Positions 18,333 to 27,356 of a stretch of 32,000 nt of DNA are shown one piece after another. A model generated the notes under the pieces. The model was not told the origin of the DNA. It saw nothing but the letters and a program-made list of their open reading frames with translations, and made no database searches. The position numbers and the translations under genes are program-made. The DNA is taken from contig CBDDPG010000002.1 in the NCBI GenBank assembly GCA_965232245.1, positions 1,946,386-1,978,385 of the forward strand, written 5' to 3'. Numbering within the stretch: position 1 is the first letter of the stretch; every line of letters begins with the position of its first letter. This stretch comes from Phototrophicaceae bacterium. GTDB taxonomy: Bacteria > Chloroflexota > Anaerolineae > Aggregatilineales > Phototrophicaceae.

Positions 18333-18836
18333 ATGATGTTGAAAGCGGTTCGCGCAATGATTGATTATCACTACAGGTCCTACGACCAAGTTTGGTCCTC
18401 TGTGATGGAATTGAGTCGGGAACAATTCGTGCAAGAATTCGATTATTCCTTGGGCTCCGTGCGCAATCAGCTGACGCATGTGATGAATGTCGATGACCGC
18501 TGGCTGTCTCGTCTGCAGAATCAGCAGCCGACGCAAATCCTCAATTTCTCGGATTTCCCGGACGCGCTAACCGTGCGGCAGCAGTGGGAGCCGATTCGCC
18601 AGAGCGTCCAGGATTATGCGCTGGGACTGAGCCGCGAACAGTTGGAAGAAACTGTAGAACTTCATTTTCCCGGACGTGGGGGCAGCCACCACAACAGTCG
18701 CTGGGAAATCTTGCTGCATGTGGTCAACCACGGCACAGACCACCGCGCCCAGATTCTGGCGCTGCTGAACGAGCTGGGCGCTCCAACCTTTGAGCAAGAT
18801 CTCATTCTGCATTTGTGGTCTCAAGAAGCGAGCTAA
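18333..18836 (+). CDS. DinB-family (DinB_2-like) metal-dependent protein
   Basis: 167 aa with a four-helix-bundle His triad pattern (QLTHVMNVD... HVVNHGTDHRAQI). A strong AAGGAGAG Shine-Dalgarno lies upstream. Confidence 0.8.
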   Translation: MMLKAVRAMIDYHYRSYDQVWSSVMELSREQFVQEFDYSLGSVRNQLTHVMNVDDRWLSRLQNQQPTQILNFSDFPDALTVRQQWEPIRQSVQDYALGLSREQLEETVELHFPGRGGSHHNSRWEILLHVVNHGTDHRAQILALLNELGAPTFEQDLILHLWSQEAS

Positions 18837-19751
18837 GCTGCAAGCGGCTCAATTCCCGCGCGATCTGCCCCGCGACCCGCGAATTGTTGACAAGCAAAGC
18901 GGTGTTCGCTTCTAGGGAAGCCCCGTCTGTCAGCTGGCTGACGCGATTCAGGACAAATGGCGTAATGGCATTGCCGCTTATGCCGGCTTTTTCCGCCTCG
19001 CGCGTTGCTTGCTCTATGGCATGTTCCGCGGTGGGCACCTCTAAGGCTTTGTCGGCCGGGACCGGCACAGCCACAAGTATGCCGTGCAGCGCGCCCAGGG
19101 TCTGAGCCGCCTGGATAATCTGCGCCGCTTGCAGGGCGGATTCCACGCGCTGGTCAATTGGCAATCCGCTGCTTGGCGCATAAAAGGCCGGCAAGCTGTC
19201 GGTCTGGAAGCCCAGAATCGGCACGCCTTGCGTCTCTAAAACCTCGAGCGTGAGCGGCAAATCGAGGATGGACTTCGCGCCGGATGATACGACGGCGACA
19301 TGCGTGCGCCCGAATTCGATCAAATCGGCCGAGACGTCTTGTGTGGCTGGCCCCGGTGAACGCCGCCGATGCCACCGGTTGCGAAGACCTTGATGCCGAC
19401 CATGTCCGCGACGATCATCGTGCCCGCAACGGTGGTGGCGCCGGTTTGACGCAGGGCAAGGGCGATGGGCAAATCGCGCCGGCTGCATTTGCGGACGCTG
19501 CCTGCGGGCAAGTTCGCCAGGTGAATAATCTGCTCTGCGGAGATGCCGACGACGATGGCGCCGTCTAGGATAGCGATGGTGGCGGGCAGCGCGCCGCTGT
19601 CACGCACCGCCGCTTCCATCGCCAAGGCGGTTTCCACGTTGAGCGGATTGGGCAATCCATGCGTGATTAGCGTCGACTCCAATGCCACCACTGGCTCGCC
19701 CTTGCTAAGCGCTTCTTTTACATTGGGACTGACCTGCAAAGACTCGGTCAT
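18802..19751 (-). pseudogene. psuG: Pseudouridine-5'-phosphate glycosidase, interrupted by a single frameshift
   Basis: ORF 19320-19751 encodes the N-terminal half (ALESTLITHG... GGIGGVHRG). The -1 frame (18802-~19345) continues with DVSADLIEFG...SGAKSILD...LPAFY. The junction is at the ccggggcc run (plus strand 19349-19356). Confidence 0.8.
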
Positions 19752-19842
19752 GGATCTCGCTTTCTTTGTTAGGCAATCAGACGTGATTCTAGCGCGCTGC
19801 CTCGCCGGCTAATATCGCGCCGGGCAGCTTCAAAATAGCCCG

Positions 19843-20505
19843 TCAATCAGGCAGTATATGCAGTCGAAAACGATGCGCAGTATGGTGATAGCCCGCGAGC
19901 CCCATCTCTTCGATAAGCTGATCGGGGCGTAAATTGCCGCGATCGCCGACCGACAGATGCGCGATTAGGTCACAGTTCCGCTCTACATGCAGATCAATAA
20001 TCAGAGGGCGCAGGTCCATGACGCTGCGGCGGCGCTTTCGGACTCTTTCGACCACGATGCTCTCTCGTGCAAGTATTTCCTTTATACGTCGATTGAGCAG
20101 GGCATGGTCCACAGGATCAAGAAAACTGACGCGATATTCAGCGCTAAGGATGCGCGATTGCATGGTCGATTCACGTAAATCGACATTCTGGATACGCTGG
20201 ATGGATAAGCCGGCGGGCGCCACCCGCATAAGGCATCGCGCTAATTCTTCGGCGTGCAGGTCAATCGCCTCGCGCAAGGCGATATCGACGATTTCGCATT
20301 CGCTTGTGATGCCAAGCGGAAGGGGCATCGCCAACTGGAGGCGGGGTCTGGTATTGAAACCCTGTGTATATAAGATTGGCAGGCCGGCGCGGCGCAGCAC
20401 GCGTTCCCAGATTTTGGCGACGTCTAGGCTGCTGGTGTATTTGAGGGGACCAGATTTGCCAAAGGTGATGCGAAGTTTTTGCGCAACCGGCGAAATATGC
20501 GTCAT
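19843..20505 (-). CDS. DUF2344 / TIGR03936-like radical-SAM-associated protein
   Basis: From ATG 20505 the protein starts MTHISPVAQKLRITFGKSGPLKYTSSLDVAKIWERVLRRAGLP...TQGFNTRPRL, typical of the family. The 92-codon upstream extension in the track is Arg/Pro-rich junk. Confidence 0.75.
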   Translation of the reverse strand: MTHISPVAQKLRITFGKSGPLKYTSSLDVAKIWERVLRRAGLPILYTQGFNTRPRLQLAMPLPLGITSECEIVDIALREAIDLHAEELARCLMRVAPAGLSIQRIQNVDLRESTMQSRILSAEYRVSFLDPVDHALLNRRIKEILARESIVVERVRKRRRSVMDLRPLIIDLHVERNCDLIAHLSVGDRGNLRPDQLIEEMGLAGYHHTAHRFRLHILPD

Positions 20506-20582
20506 TGCCGTTTTAGCCCGATTGGAAGGGATGGGATGTCTGGGGTAGAATACTCGTCGCATCCCGATTAGACAATGGAAGG

Positions 20583-21062
20583 GTGATGACGCGGAGCAAC
20601 GGTGTTGATAGCGCGGGGCGGGGCGGGCGCCATGCCGAGTTGGACAGACTGCGGCGCGACCGTTACCGCAAAAGCGTGATCCTGCCATTTGGATTTGTCT
20701 TGCTCCTGGTCTTGACATATATAGGCATCGCGTTGGCGCTGCCCGCGCCGACTCAGGTGGCGGTGCTTTCCGACGCGGCATTTTCTCTGCTGGTTCTCGG
20801 TCCGGCGGCTCTGTGCTTGTTTCCGTTCACTATTGCGATTATTGTCTTTGTCGCGCTGATGCATCGCTGGGCCCGCGGAACGATGTCTCCGCTGCGTCGC
20901 CTGGAGCGCTGGACGGCGACGATTGAAAGCAACGCGGACAGGTGGCTGGGCGGCATAGACCAGCGCATCTTGAATTGGGCGGTGGCTTTTGCCCCAATTC
21001 GACAATTGCTGAGAAGCTTTGATACACTGCCAGATGAAACGGTTGACGAGGAAGGGACATGA
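20583..21062 (+). CDS. Hypothetical membrane protein (about 3 predicted TM helices)
   Basis: 159-aa ORF with hydrophobic segments (ILPFGFVLLLVLTYIGIALAL, FSLLVLGPAALCLF, FTIAIIVFVALM). GGAAGGG lies just upstream and the start is GTG 20583 or ATG 20586. I recognise no family. Confidence 0.5.
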   Translation: MMTRSNGVDSAGRGGRHAELDRLRRDRYRKSVILPFGFVLLLVLTYIGIALALPAPTQVAVLSDAAFSLLVLGPAALCLFPFTIAIIVFVALMHRWARGTMSPLRRLERWTATIESNADRWLGGIDQRILNWAVAFAPIRQLLRSFDTLPDETVDEEGT

Positions 21063-21325
21063 CAGACGAAAGACGCCCCATGAACGAAGAAGATCGCCTG
21101 GAGCGCAAGACGCGCGTTCTCATGCTTGGCGTCGGTTTTGGCGCGATTGTTGGTTTAGTTTCGAGCTATCTATACACGCGCGCGGCGGAAGAATCCGACG
21201 GATCGGAGTCGGCGGGTCCGCGCGCTGTATCGACCGGACAATTGCTGGCTGTCCTGCTGGCGATACTGGGCGTGGTGCGTCAAGTTGCCGAGCTGGGGAA
21301 ACCGAAGAAACCTGGAAAGAAATAG
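21059..21325 (+). CDS. Small hypothetical membrane protein
   Basis: 88 aa with two hydrophobic stretches and a lysine-rich tail. ATGA overlap with the preceding ORF. I recognise no family. Confidence 0.45.
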   Translation: MTDERRPMNEEDRLERKTRVLMLGVGFGAIVGLVSSYLYTRAAEESDGSESAGPRAVSTGQLLAVLLAILGVVRQVAELGKPKKPGKK

Positions 21326-21329
21326 CGCA

Positions 21330-22019
21330 ATGTGCGGCAGATTCACTTTGACGGCTGATGCCGAGGCTATTCAGCTTGAGTTCGGTTTGAATGATGTATC
21401 GGTTTGGGAGAGACCGTGTTTCAATATCGCGCCATCTCAAATGGCGCCGGTGATCACAAATCATAATCCGCGGGCATTAACGCTTTTGAAATGGGGACTT
21501 GTGCCGCCTTGGGCAAAGGATCCCGCCATCGGCAACCGCATGATTAACGCCCGGTCGGAAACGGCGGCGGAAAAACCATCGTTCAGGACGGCGTTTAAGA
21601 AGAGGCGCTGTTTGATCCCGGCCGACGGCTTTTTTGAATGGGCGAAGCGAGATGGCAAAAAAACGCCGATGTATATCAAGCGGAGAGACCGAGCAATCTT
21701 CGCATTGGCCGGCTTATGGGAAAACTGGCAACAGCCGGATGGAGGTTGGCTGGGCTCCTGCTCTATTCTGACAACAGAAGCCAATGATTTCCTGCGCCCG
21801 ATACATCATCGCATGCCAGTCATGATCGAGCCAGAAGATTATGATACCTGGTTGTCCGATGAAGTACTAAGCCCGCAGCAATGGCTCCCGCTCATGGCTG
21901 GCTGCGCTAGCGAGCAAATGACCGCCTTTGAAGTTTCTACTCAGGTGAATCGAGCAATAAACGACAATCCTGCTGTCATTGCCCCGGTCGATACGGACAT
22001 TCAGCAGCAGCTTTTCTAG
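21330..22019 (+). CDS. SOS-response-associated peptidase (SRAP / YedK family, abasic-site processing)
   Basis: Starting at ATG 21330 gives the obligatory MCGRF N-terminus (catalytic Cys2). Conserved WGL.P.W and IHHRMPV motifs follow. Confidence 0.85.
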   Translation: MCGRFTLTADAEAIQLEFGLNDVSVWERPCFNIAPSQMAPVITNHNPRALTLLKWGLVPPWAKDPAIGNRMINARSETAAEKPSFRTAFKKRRCLIPADGFFEWAKRDGKKTPMYIKRRDRAIFALAGLWENWQQPDGGWLGSCSILTTEANDFLRPIHHRMPVMIEPEDYDTWLSDEVLSPQQWLPLMAGCASEQMTAFEVSTQVNRAINDNPAVIAPVDTDIQQQLF

Positions 22020-22038
22020 TCGCTGGGATAGGAAGATT

Positions 22039-24573
22039 TCAGTTGTCCTGTTCTTTCTTGAGATGGCGCTCGAGCACAAACCTGAAGGGGTCCGGCACTG
22101 GGGGAATCATTACCTTGCGAGAGCGCCCGCCGGCAATCACTTCGCCGACAAGGTCTAGCTCTTCCAGCAGGTCCATGATACGAGCCGCGCGCGGATAGCC
22201 CAAGCCCAGGCGCCGTTGGATGAGCGACGCCGAAGCCTCTTGCGCCTCTACCACCAGTGTGATGACTTCTTCCAGCATGGGGTCGGTATCAGTCAAGAAT
22301 TGACGCCGCTTCAAGGTTCTCTCCCAGGGTCCCCGTTTCGCGGTCGCGCTGCTGTCCGCGTCAAAGCGCGCGGCTTGCCACTGCTGCCAATGTTGCAGCA
22401 CCGCGCGTACATCGTCTTCGGAAACATAGCAGCCTTGGACGCGCTGCGGTCCGGCCGCGTCGGATGATAGAAATAGCATGTCCCCCTTGCCCAAGAGATG
22501 CTCGGCGCCGGTTTTGTCCAGGATAACGCGGGAATCCGCGCCTGACGCGACAGAAAAGGCGATGCGCGCTGGGAAGTTGGCTTTGATGAGACCGGTGATC
22601 ACGTCCACGCTCGGGCGCTGCGTCGCCACGACCATGTGCATGCCAACCGCGCGCGCCATCTGCGCCAGCCTTGTGATGCAGGCTTCCGTTTCCACCGGGT
22701 CGCGCAGCATGAGATCGCCTATTTCGTCAATCATGATCGCCAAGTAGGGCAGTTTGCTGTCGGCATTTCCGCTTTCTTCTTGCCGCTTGTTGAAGATGTC
22801 GATGTTGCGCGCGGAGTGTTTTTCCAGCAATTTGTACCGGCGATCCATTTCCCGCGCGCACCAGCGCAAGACCCCAATGATCCGCTCGTTGTCCGTTTCC
22901 ACCGGTCCTAACAAATGGGGGATGCCGTTGAAGCGCGTTAACTCGACCATCTTTGGATCGAGCATGACCATTTGCAGCCGGTCGGGGGCGTTTTGCATGA
23001 GCAACGAAGTGGCGATAGCCGCCATGCACACGGACTTGCCGGAACCGGTTGTCCCGGCGATCAGAAGATGCGGCATGGCTGTAAGGTCGATTGGCACGGG
23101 CTTGCCCATAACGTCCCGCCCCAAGGGAATCATCAGAGCGGAAGCCGAATGAGCGCAAGCGTTTCGATAGCTATCGCTTTCCATTACGTTGCGCAGCGCG
23201 ACGATGCTTGCTCGCTTGTTTGGCACTTCAATGCCCATGTAATTTGTGCCAGGGACCGGGGTTTCCATACGCAGTCGCTTGGCTGCAAGCGCCAGGGACA
23301 AATCACGCCAATAGGAGGCGATCTTGCTTAATCGAATGCGTTCGCTGCCGTCTGCCTTATGGGGCTGCAGCGCGTAGCGGGTGACCGTTGGTCCCACTTG
23401 CACATCTACAACATGAATCTCTATGTCAAATTCCAGGAGCGTGTTTTCGATAAGCGAGACATTCTTGTCGATTTCCGCTGTTTCGGGCAATAGCAGTTCG
23501 ATTGGGGAAAGCAATTCAAGCTCGGGCAGCGCGCCGTCGTAGCCGCTTGCTTGGCTCGCAGTCTTAACTTGCCTATCGTCGTTTGTGGCTTCTAACGCTG
23601 ATTCTTCGACGTCAATTGTTGCCGCGGATTCCGCGGCAACGGCAACCCCGGCTTCTTTTTCCGCTTGGTCAGTCGATTCGGCTGATGAGGAATCTGTCTC
23701 GCTTGTCTCTGTCGCCTTTGAGCTCGTCGCAGATCTATCCTGAATCTCTATCGGTTTCGTCTCATCCGCGGCCGCAAGATTGTCTCTCAGCTCTTCGGGG
23801 ATGTTTTCCAGATCCGGGCGTATGCGCATGATGCGAGTTCGAAAACCCGGTGTTGTCGCCAAGCGCTGATACAAACTGCTGCCGTCGTGCTCAAGCGCTG
23901 AAGTCCTTGCCTGCCCAGGATCCTGACTATAATCGCTTAACTGTTGGCTTAGATCGCCCAGAAAAGCGACAATATGCCGTCGCCTCAAGCCGATGAAGAC
24001 CACAAGGGATATGACGATCATAAGCGCGAAAAAAGCGAGGGCGGGCTGTCTTCCCATGACCCAGTAAAACGGGTAACTGATGCCCCAGCCTATGAGCCCG
24101 CCGCCTTGCCCGGCCCGGGCGAGCGCGCGCAATTCCACATCGCTGTTGTTTAGATGCAGCAGCGCCAATACTGACAGGAATATGATTTCCAGCGCCAGCA
24201 TGCGCACTGAACTGAAACCGACGCGAATGCCCGCCTTTGGCAGCCACAAGAGGATCCCGAAGGCGAAGAGAGCGCCGGCGACGAAAACGCTGCCGTTGCC
24301 AAATAACTTGTGCAGAATGTCAGCCCAGGTAAGCGCCACCAAGGCTTCGGACGGGAAATAGAGCGAAATGAAGGAAAGAATGCCAAAGACAAAGAGCGCG
24401 AATCCGACGACTTCGTCGATCCAGGGCGGCAAGCTATCTTTGAGGTCTTCCCAAAAATCGTACTCGAGTTGCTCGTCTTCCAGGGGCTTGATGACGGATT
24501 GCCTTTGAACCGCCATAACCGCCTCGGATACCTGCTCGGTGGCTTGCGGATCAACCGGTTGTTCTTGCGCCAT
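22039..24573 (-). CDS. ftsK: DNA translocase FtsK/SpoIIIE
   Basis: 844 aa with N-terminal TM helices and a Ser/Glu/Thr/Ala-rich linker. Walker A is GTTGSGKSV, Walker B is AIMIDEIGDL, and the C-terminal gamma winged helix reads LIQRRLGLGYPRAARIMDLLEE. Confidence 0.9.
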   Translation of the reverse strand: MAQEQPVDPQATEQVSEAVMAVQRQSVIKPLEDEQLEYDFWEDLKDSLPPWIDEVVGFALFVFGILSFISLYFPSEALVALTWADILHKLFGNGSVFVAGALFAFGILLWLPKAGIRVGFSSVRMLALEIIFLSVLALLHLNNSDVELRALARAGQGGGLIGWGISYPFYWVMGRQPALAFFALMIVISLVVFIGLRRRHIVAFLGDLSQQLSDYSQDPGQARTSALEHDGSSLYQRLATTPGFRTRIMRIRPDLENIPEELRDNLAAADETKPIEIQDRSATSSKATETSETDSSSAESTDQAEKEAGVAVAAESAATIDVEESALEATNDDRQVKTASQASGYDGALPELELLSPIELLLPETAEIDKNVSLIENTLLEFDIEIHVVDVQVGPTVTRYALQPHKADGSERIRLSKIASYWRDLSLALAAKRLRMETPVPGTNYMGIEVPNKRASIVALRNVMESDSYRNACAHSASALMIPLGRDVMGKPVPIDLTAMPHLLIAGTTGSGKSVCMAAIATSLLMQNAPDRLQMVMLDPKMVELTRFNGIPHLLGPVETDNERIIGVLRWCAREMDRRYKLLEKHSARNIDIFNKRQEESGNADSKLPYLAIMIDEIGDLMLRDPVETEACITRLAQMARAVGMHMVVATQRPSVDVITGLIKANFPARIAFSVASGADSRVILDKTGAEHLLGKGDMLFLSSDAAGPQRVQGCYVSEDDVRAVLQHWQQWQAARFDADSSATAKRGPWERTLKRRQFLTDTDPMLEEVITLVVEAQEASASLIQRRLGLGYPRAARIMDLLEELDLVGEVIAGGRSRKVMIPPVPDPFRFVLERHLKKEQDN

Positions 24574-24677
24574 ATTTGCTGCGAATCCCTACTGTCTCTA
24601 CCTTCACAAGCCTAGCATGATTGGGGAATCGCGCAGAAAAAATGAGGGCGAAAATGAACAATCCGGGAAGGGCAATC

Positions 24678-26594
24678 TTAGCCCTGGGATTGCTTTTCCC
24701 GCTGCAACAAGAGCTCGGACACAGCCAGAATAGCCACGCGCTGTTTGCGGTAGAGGTCCGCTTCGCTCATGCTAAGGCGGCGGGCGACGTCGCGCACTTT
24801 TTTTCTTTCGAGGAATCTCAACTGCAAGATGTTGTATAAGGTCCATTCCGGGCTGGCCAGCTTGCGTTCGCCATCGGGCTTGAGCGTAGCGATACAGTCT
24901 TGGAGTATGTTGCGCAAGGCGTTGACGGCTGTGTCCTGGTCCGCGCTCATTCTTGCCTGCACGATACGAAGGTTGATCAGGTTGCTCTGGGTGATGCCCG
25001 CGCCGCCCCAATAGTGTCGCAGCGCCGCGCGCACCTGCTCAAATAGCTCCTGTTGGTCCGGCCAGGTCTCCACCGCCGCGAACTGAGCCTGCGATTGCCG
25101 ATACTCGACTTGTACGGCGCGCGACCGCGTCATTTGAAACTGCGGCAGCAAGCCCTCCAGCAGCGTGTACATCTCTGCTTGCAACGCCATATCTTCGAGG
25201 CTCTTTTCCAGGCGATCCAGATAGGCGTAGAGAATACTCTGTGGATCGTCCAGCTCCGTGCGTAGAGAGTCCTTGTTCGGCAATGCCAATGCGCCAATGA
25301 CGGGCCTGGGCGAATTGTCGACGGGGATGCGGCTGCTGTACAAAGGAATTAGGGCATAATCCCGCCATTCGACCAATTCCTTGCCGGCGCCTTGAGATTG
25401 CGTCTTGGCCAGGGTTTGGCGCAAGTCATGGTCGGCTCGCAGATCCTCTTCCGCGAAGCCGGCTTGCCCGACCTGGTTCAGAAACTCTGGAGAGCCGTTC
25501 ACGATGTGAATCACACAGGCTTGGTCAATGCGCATGTAGTCGCATATCGACTCGGTGGTCGCGGCGATCAATTGCGACAGGTCGCTGCGGGTCAGGACCC
25601 GCTCGCTAAGGGATTGCAGCAGCGTAATCTGCGCGCCGTCTTCGTCTCGATATATAAAAAGCAGCTCAAAATAGGGCAGGGCGAGTGATACGAACCACTG
25701 CCAGAGCAAGACCGCGGCCACGACCGCGGGCGGGGTAAAGGCCTCGCCTGGCAAACCCAGGATGCGCGTCGCCTGGGCAGTGAAGTTGATGACAGCCAGG
25801 GCGATCAAGCCAGTTGCGGGTCCCCGCAGCAAGAAGTCCAGCAGTTGCTTTTTGACCAATCTATCCGGAATATCCGACCCAAAAAAGTATAGGGGATAGG
25901 ACAGGAAAAACAGCATCAAAATGATGATGATGTTCGCCGTGTTGATGACCAAGAGCCCAAAGACGCTTAATTCGTCGCCTGGGCTGAGCAGTACGGAATA
26001 AGGAAAGATGCCCAAAGCGGGCGTCAGGATGGCGATTTGCAGGAATGCCATGCGCCGCTGCGTGCCTTGGGTCAGGCAGCGCTTGCGAGCGCGCTGTACA
26101 TTGTAGAAGGCGAAGCCGTTGGCGGCGGCGAAATAGACGCAATAGACGGGGAAGAGAGAACCGGCCTGGATGCTCAGGTATGCCTGCGCGTCAACGAAGA
26201 CAAACAGAGAATCGGCAAATGCCGCGGACAGCAAAAAGCCGGCGCCGATCAAATACAGGATGCGTATCACCCGGCGCCGCCGTCCGCGCGATGGCAGACC
26301 AGTGGTTGCCAGCAGGGCGTCTGACAAGTGGTACATGGCCGCCGGTATAAAGGCGATGCCGATCCACTGCAAGCGAGAAGCGATCTCGTGGGCGGCGTAG
26401 TCCGGTTCCAGCGAGATGAAAGCATCCGCGACATAAGCGATGGTTACACAGGCGAGCACTACCGCCGACGATTTGGCGACTCGGTTCTTTAGATTCCGCG
26501 TGAGGTTAAAGAGCAATAGAGAAACGGCTATGATCGCATTGCTCGCGGTCAAAGTCTCGTTGACAATTAGCAGAATCGCAGTTGCCAGATCCAA
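24678..26594 (-). CDS. Polytopic membrane protein (about 9 TM, 7TM-sensor-like) with a cytoplasmic GAF-like region and C-terminal sigma-70 region-4-like HTH
   Basis: 638 aa with a TTG start preceded by GAGG. Residues 1-315 are hydrophobic helices. The C-terminus (ALRHYWGG...LRNILQDCIATLKP...YNILQLRFLERKKVRDVARRLSMSEADLYRKQRVAI) matches the ECF-sigma r4-like pattern. Confidence 0.65.
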   Translation of the reverse strand: MDLATAILLIVNETLTASNAIIAVSLLLFNLTRNLKNRVAKSSAVVLACVTIAYVADAFISLEPDYAAHEIASRLQWIGIAFIPAAMYHLSDALLATTGLPSRGRRRRVIRILYLIGAGFLLSAAFADSLFVFVDAQAYLSIQAGSLFPVYCVYFAAANGFAFYNVQRARKRCLTQGTQRRMAFLQIAILTPALGIFPYSVLLSPGDELSVFGLLVINTANIIIILMLFFLSYPLYFFGSDIPDRLVKKQLLDFLLRGPATGLIALAVINFTAQATRILGLPGEAFTPPAVVAAVLLWQWFVSLALPYFELLFIYRDEDGAQITLLQSLSERVLTRSDLSQLIAATTESICDYMRIDQACVIHIVNGSPEFLNQVGQAGFAEEDLRADHDLRQTLAKTQSQGAGKELVEWRDYALIPLYSSRIPVDNSPRPVIGALALPNKDSLRTELDDPQSILYAYLDRLEKSLEDMALQAEMYTLLEGLLPQFQMTRSRAVQVEYRQSQAQFAAVETWPDQQELFEQVRAALRHYWGGAGITQSNLINLRIVQARMSADQDTAVNALRNILQDCIATLKPDGERKLASPEWTLYNILQLRFLERKKVRDVARRLSMSEADLYRKQRVAILAVSELLLQREKQSQG

Positions 26595-26679
26595 TGCAAG
26601 CCTCTGAAGATGGGGTCAGATGGAATTCGCAGGATTGACTCTATAACAAGTTTAGCAAATTATGGCGAATACACCGTTT

Positions 26680-27243
26680 CTAAACGGCAACGCTGAAGAA
26701 GACCGCGATCTCTCTGCTGGGCAAATGCCGGTCGTTGAAGCCGCAAAAGACAAAGCCCTGGTCCTGGGCGAATTGGATGCCGGGATAATTGGTGGTCGCG
26801 ATCTCGAACATGATCTGCCGCAGCGCGTTTTCACGCGCCCAAACCCGCGCCGCGTTCACCAAGCGCGAACCCAAGCTCTGACGCCGATTGGGACGGTCGA
26901 CAACGATGTCCTGCAAATAGGCGATTTCGCTGGTTTCGTCAACGCGCATGGATAGGAAAGCGAGAATACGGTGGGAATCCCTGTCTTGGGCGACGACAAA
27001 GCAATGACGCCGCCTGATAGCCATTGCCAAATGCCTGGGGTCGGTCTCGTGCCTGGCCTCAAGCGGGCGCGGCAGACGCTGACGGCGATAGCTAATCTGG
27101 ATCTGCTCCGTCAATTCCTGCACGGTCATTTGCCAGACGTGCTCGGTGCGGTAGTCGCTTTGCAGCTCCAGGCAAAACGGAATGTCGGTTTCGACACCGT
27201 CGCGTATGACAATTCGAGACTGGTCGATTGCCGGTTGCATCAT
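26680..27243 (-). CDS. GNAT-family N-acetyltransferase
   Basis: 187 aa with an acetyl-CoA binding motif A-like segment (IVVDRPNRRQSLGSRLVNAARVWA). Confidence 0.8.
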   Translation of the reverse strand: MMQPAIDQSRIVIRDGVETDIPFCLELQSDYRTEHVWQMTVQELTEQIQISYRRQRLPRPLEARHETDPRHLAMAIRRRHCFVVAQDRDSHRILAFLSMRVDETSEIAYLQDIVVDRPNRRQSLGSRLVNAARVWARENALRQIMFEIATTNYPGIQFAQDQGFVFCGFNDRHLPSREIAVFFSVAV

Positions 27244-27280
27244 GACCTCGCGTCTCCAAGTTTTGCCAAGGCTATCTTAC

Positions 27281-27318
27281 AGAAAATGACCCCAAGCGCG
27301 CAAGGCGAATGGGGTCAT
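27281..27318 (-). terminator. Candidate intrinsic terminator downstream of rpoD
   Basis: The minus strand reads ATGACCCCA, a 15-nt loop, TGGGGTCAT (9-bp perfect stem), then TTTCT, 38 nt after the rpoD stop. The U-tract is short. Confidence 0.4.
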
Positions 27319-27356
27319 TATACAAGACGAATTGGGGATCACAGGCGGGCTGGCGC

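Noticed and set aside
18802-18836. 35-bp convergent overlap of the DinB and psuG 3' ends
   Set aside because: Short convergent overlaps are common in compact genomes. The psuG C-terminal extension may simply be non-conserved tail.
19843-20781. 312-aa extended version of the DUF2344 ORF
   Set aside because: The first 92 codons are Arg/Pro/Ala-rich with no family similarity and would overlap the divergent membrane-protein gene. ATG 20505 gives the typical family N-terminus.
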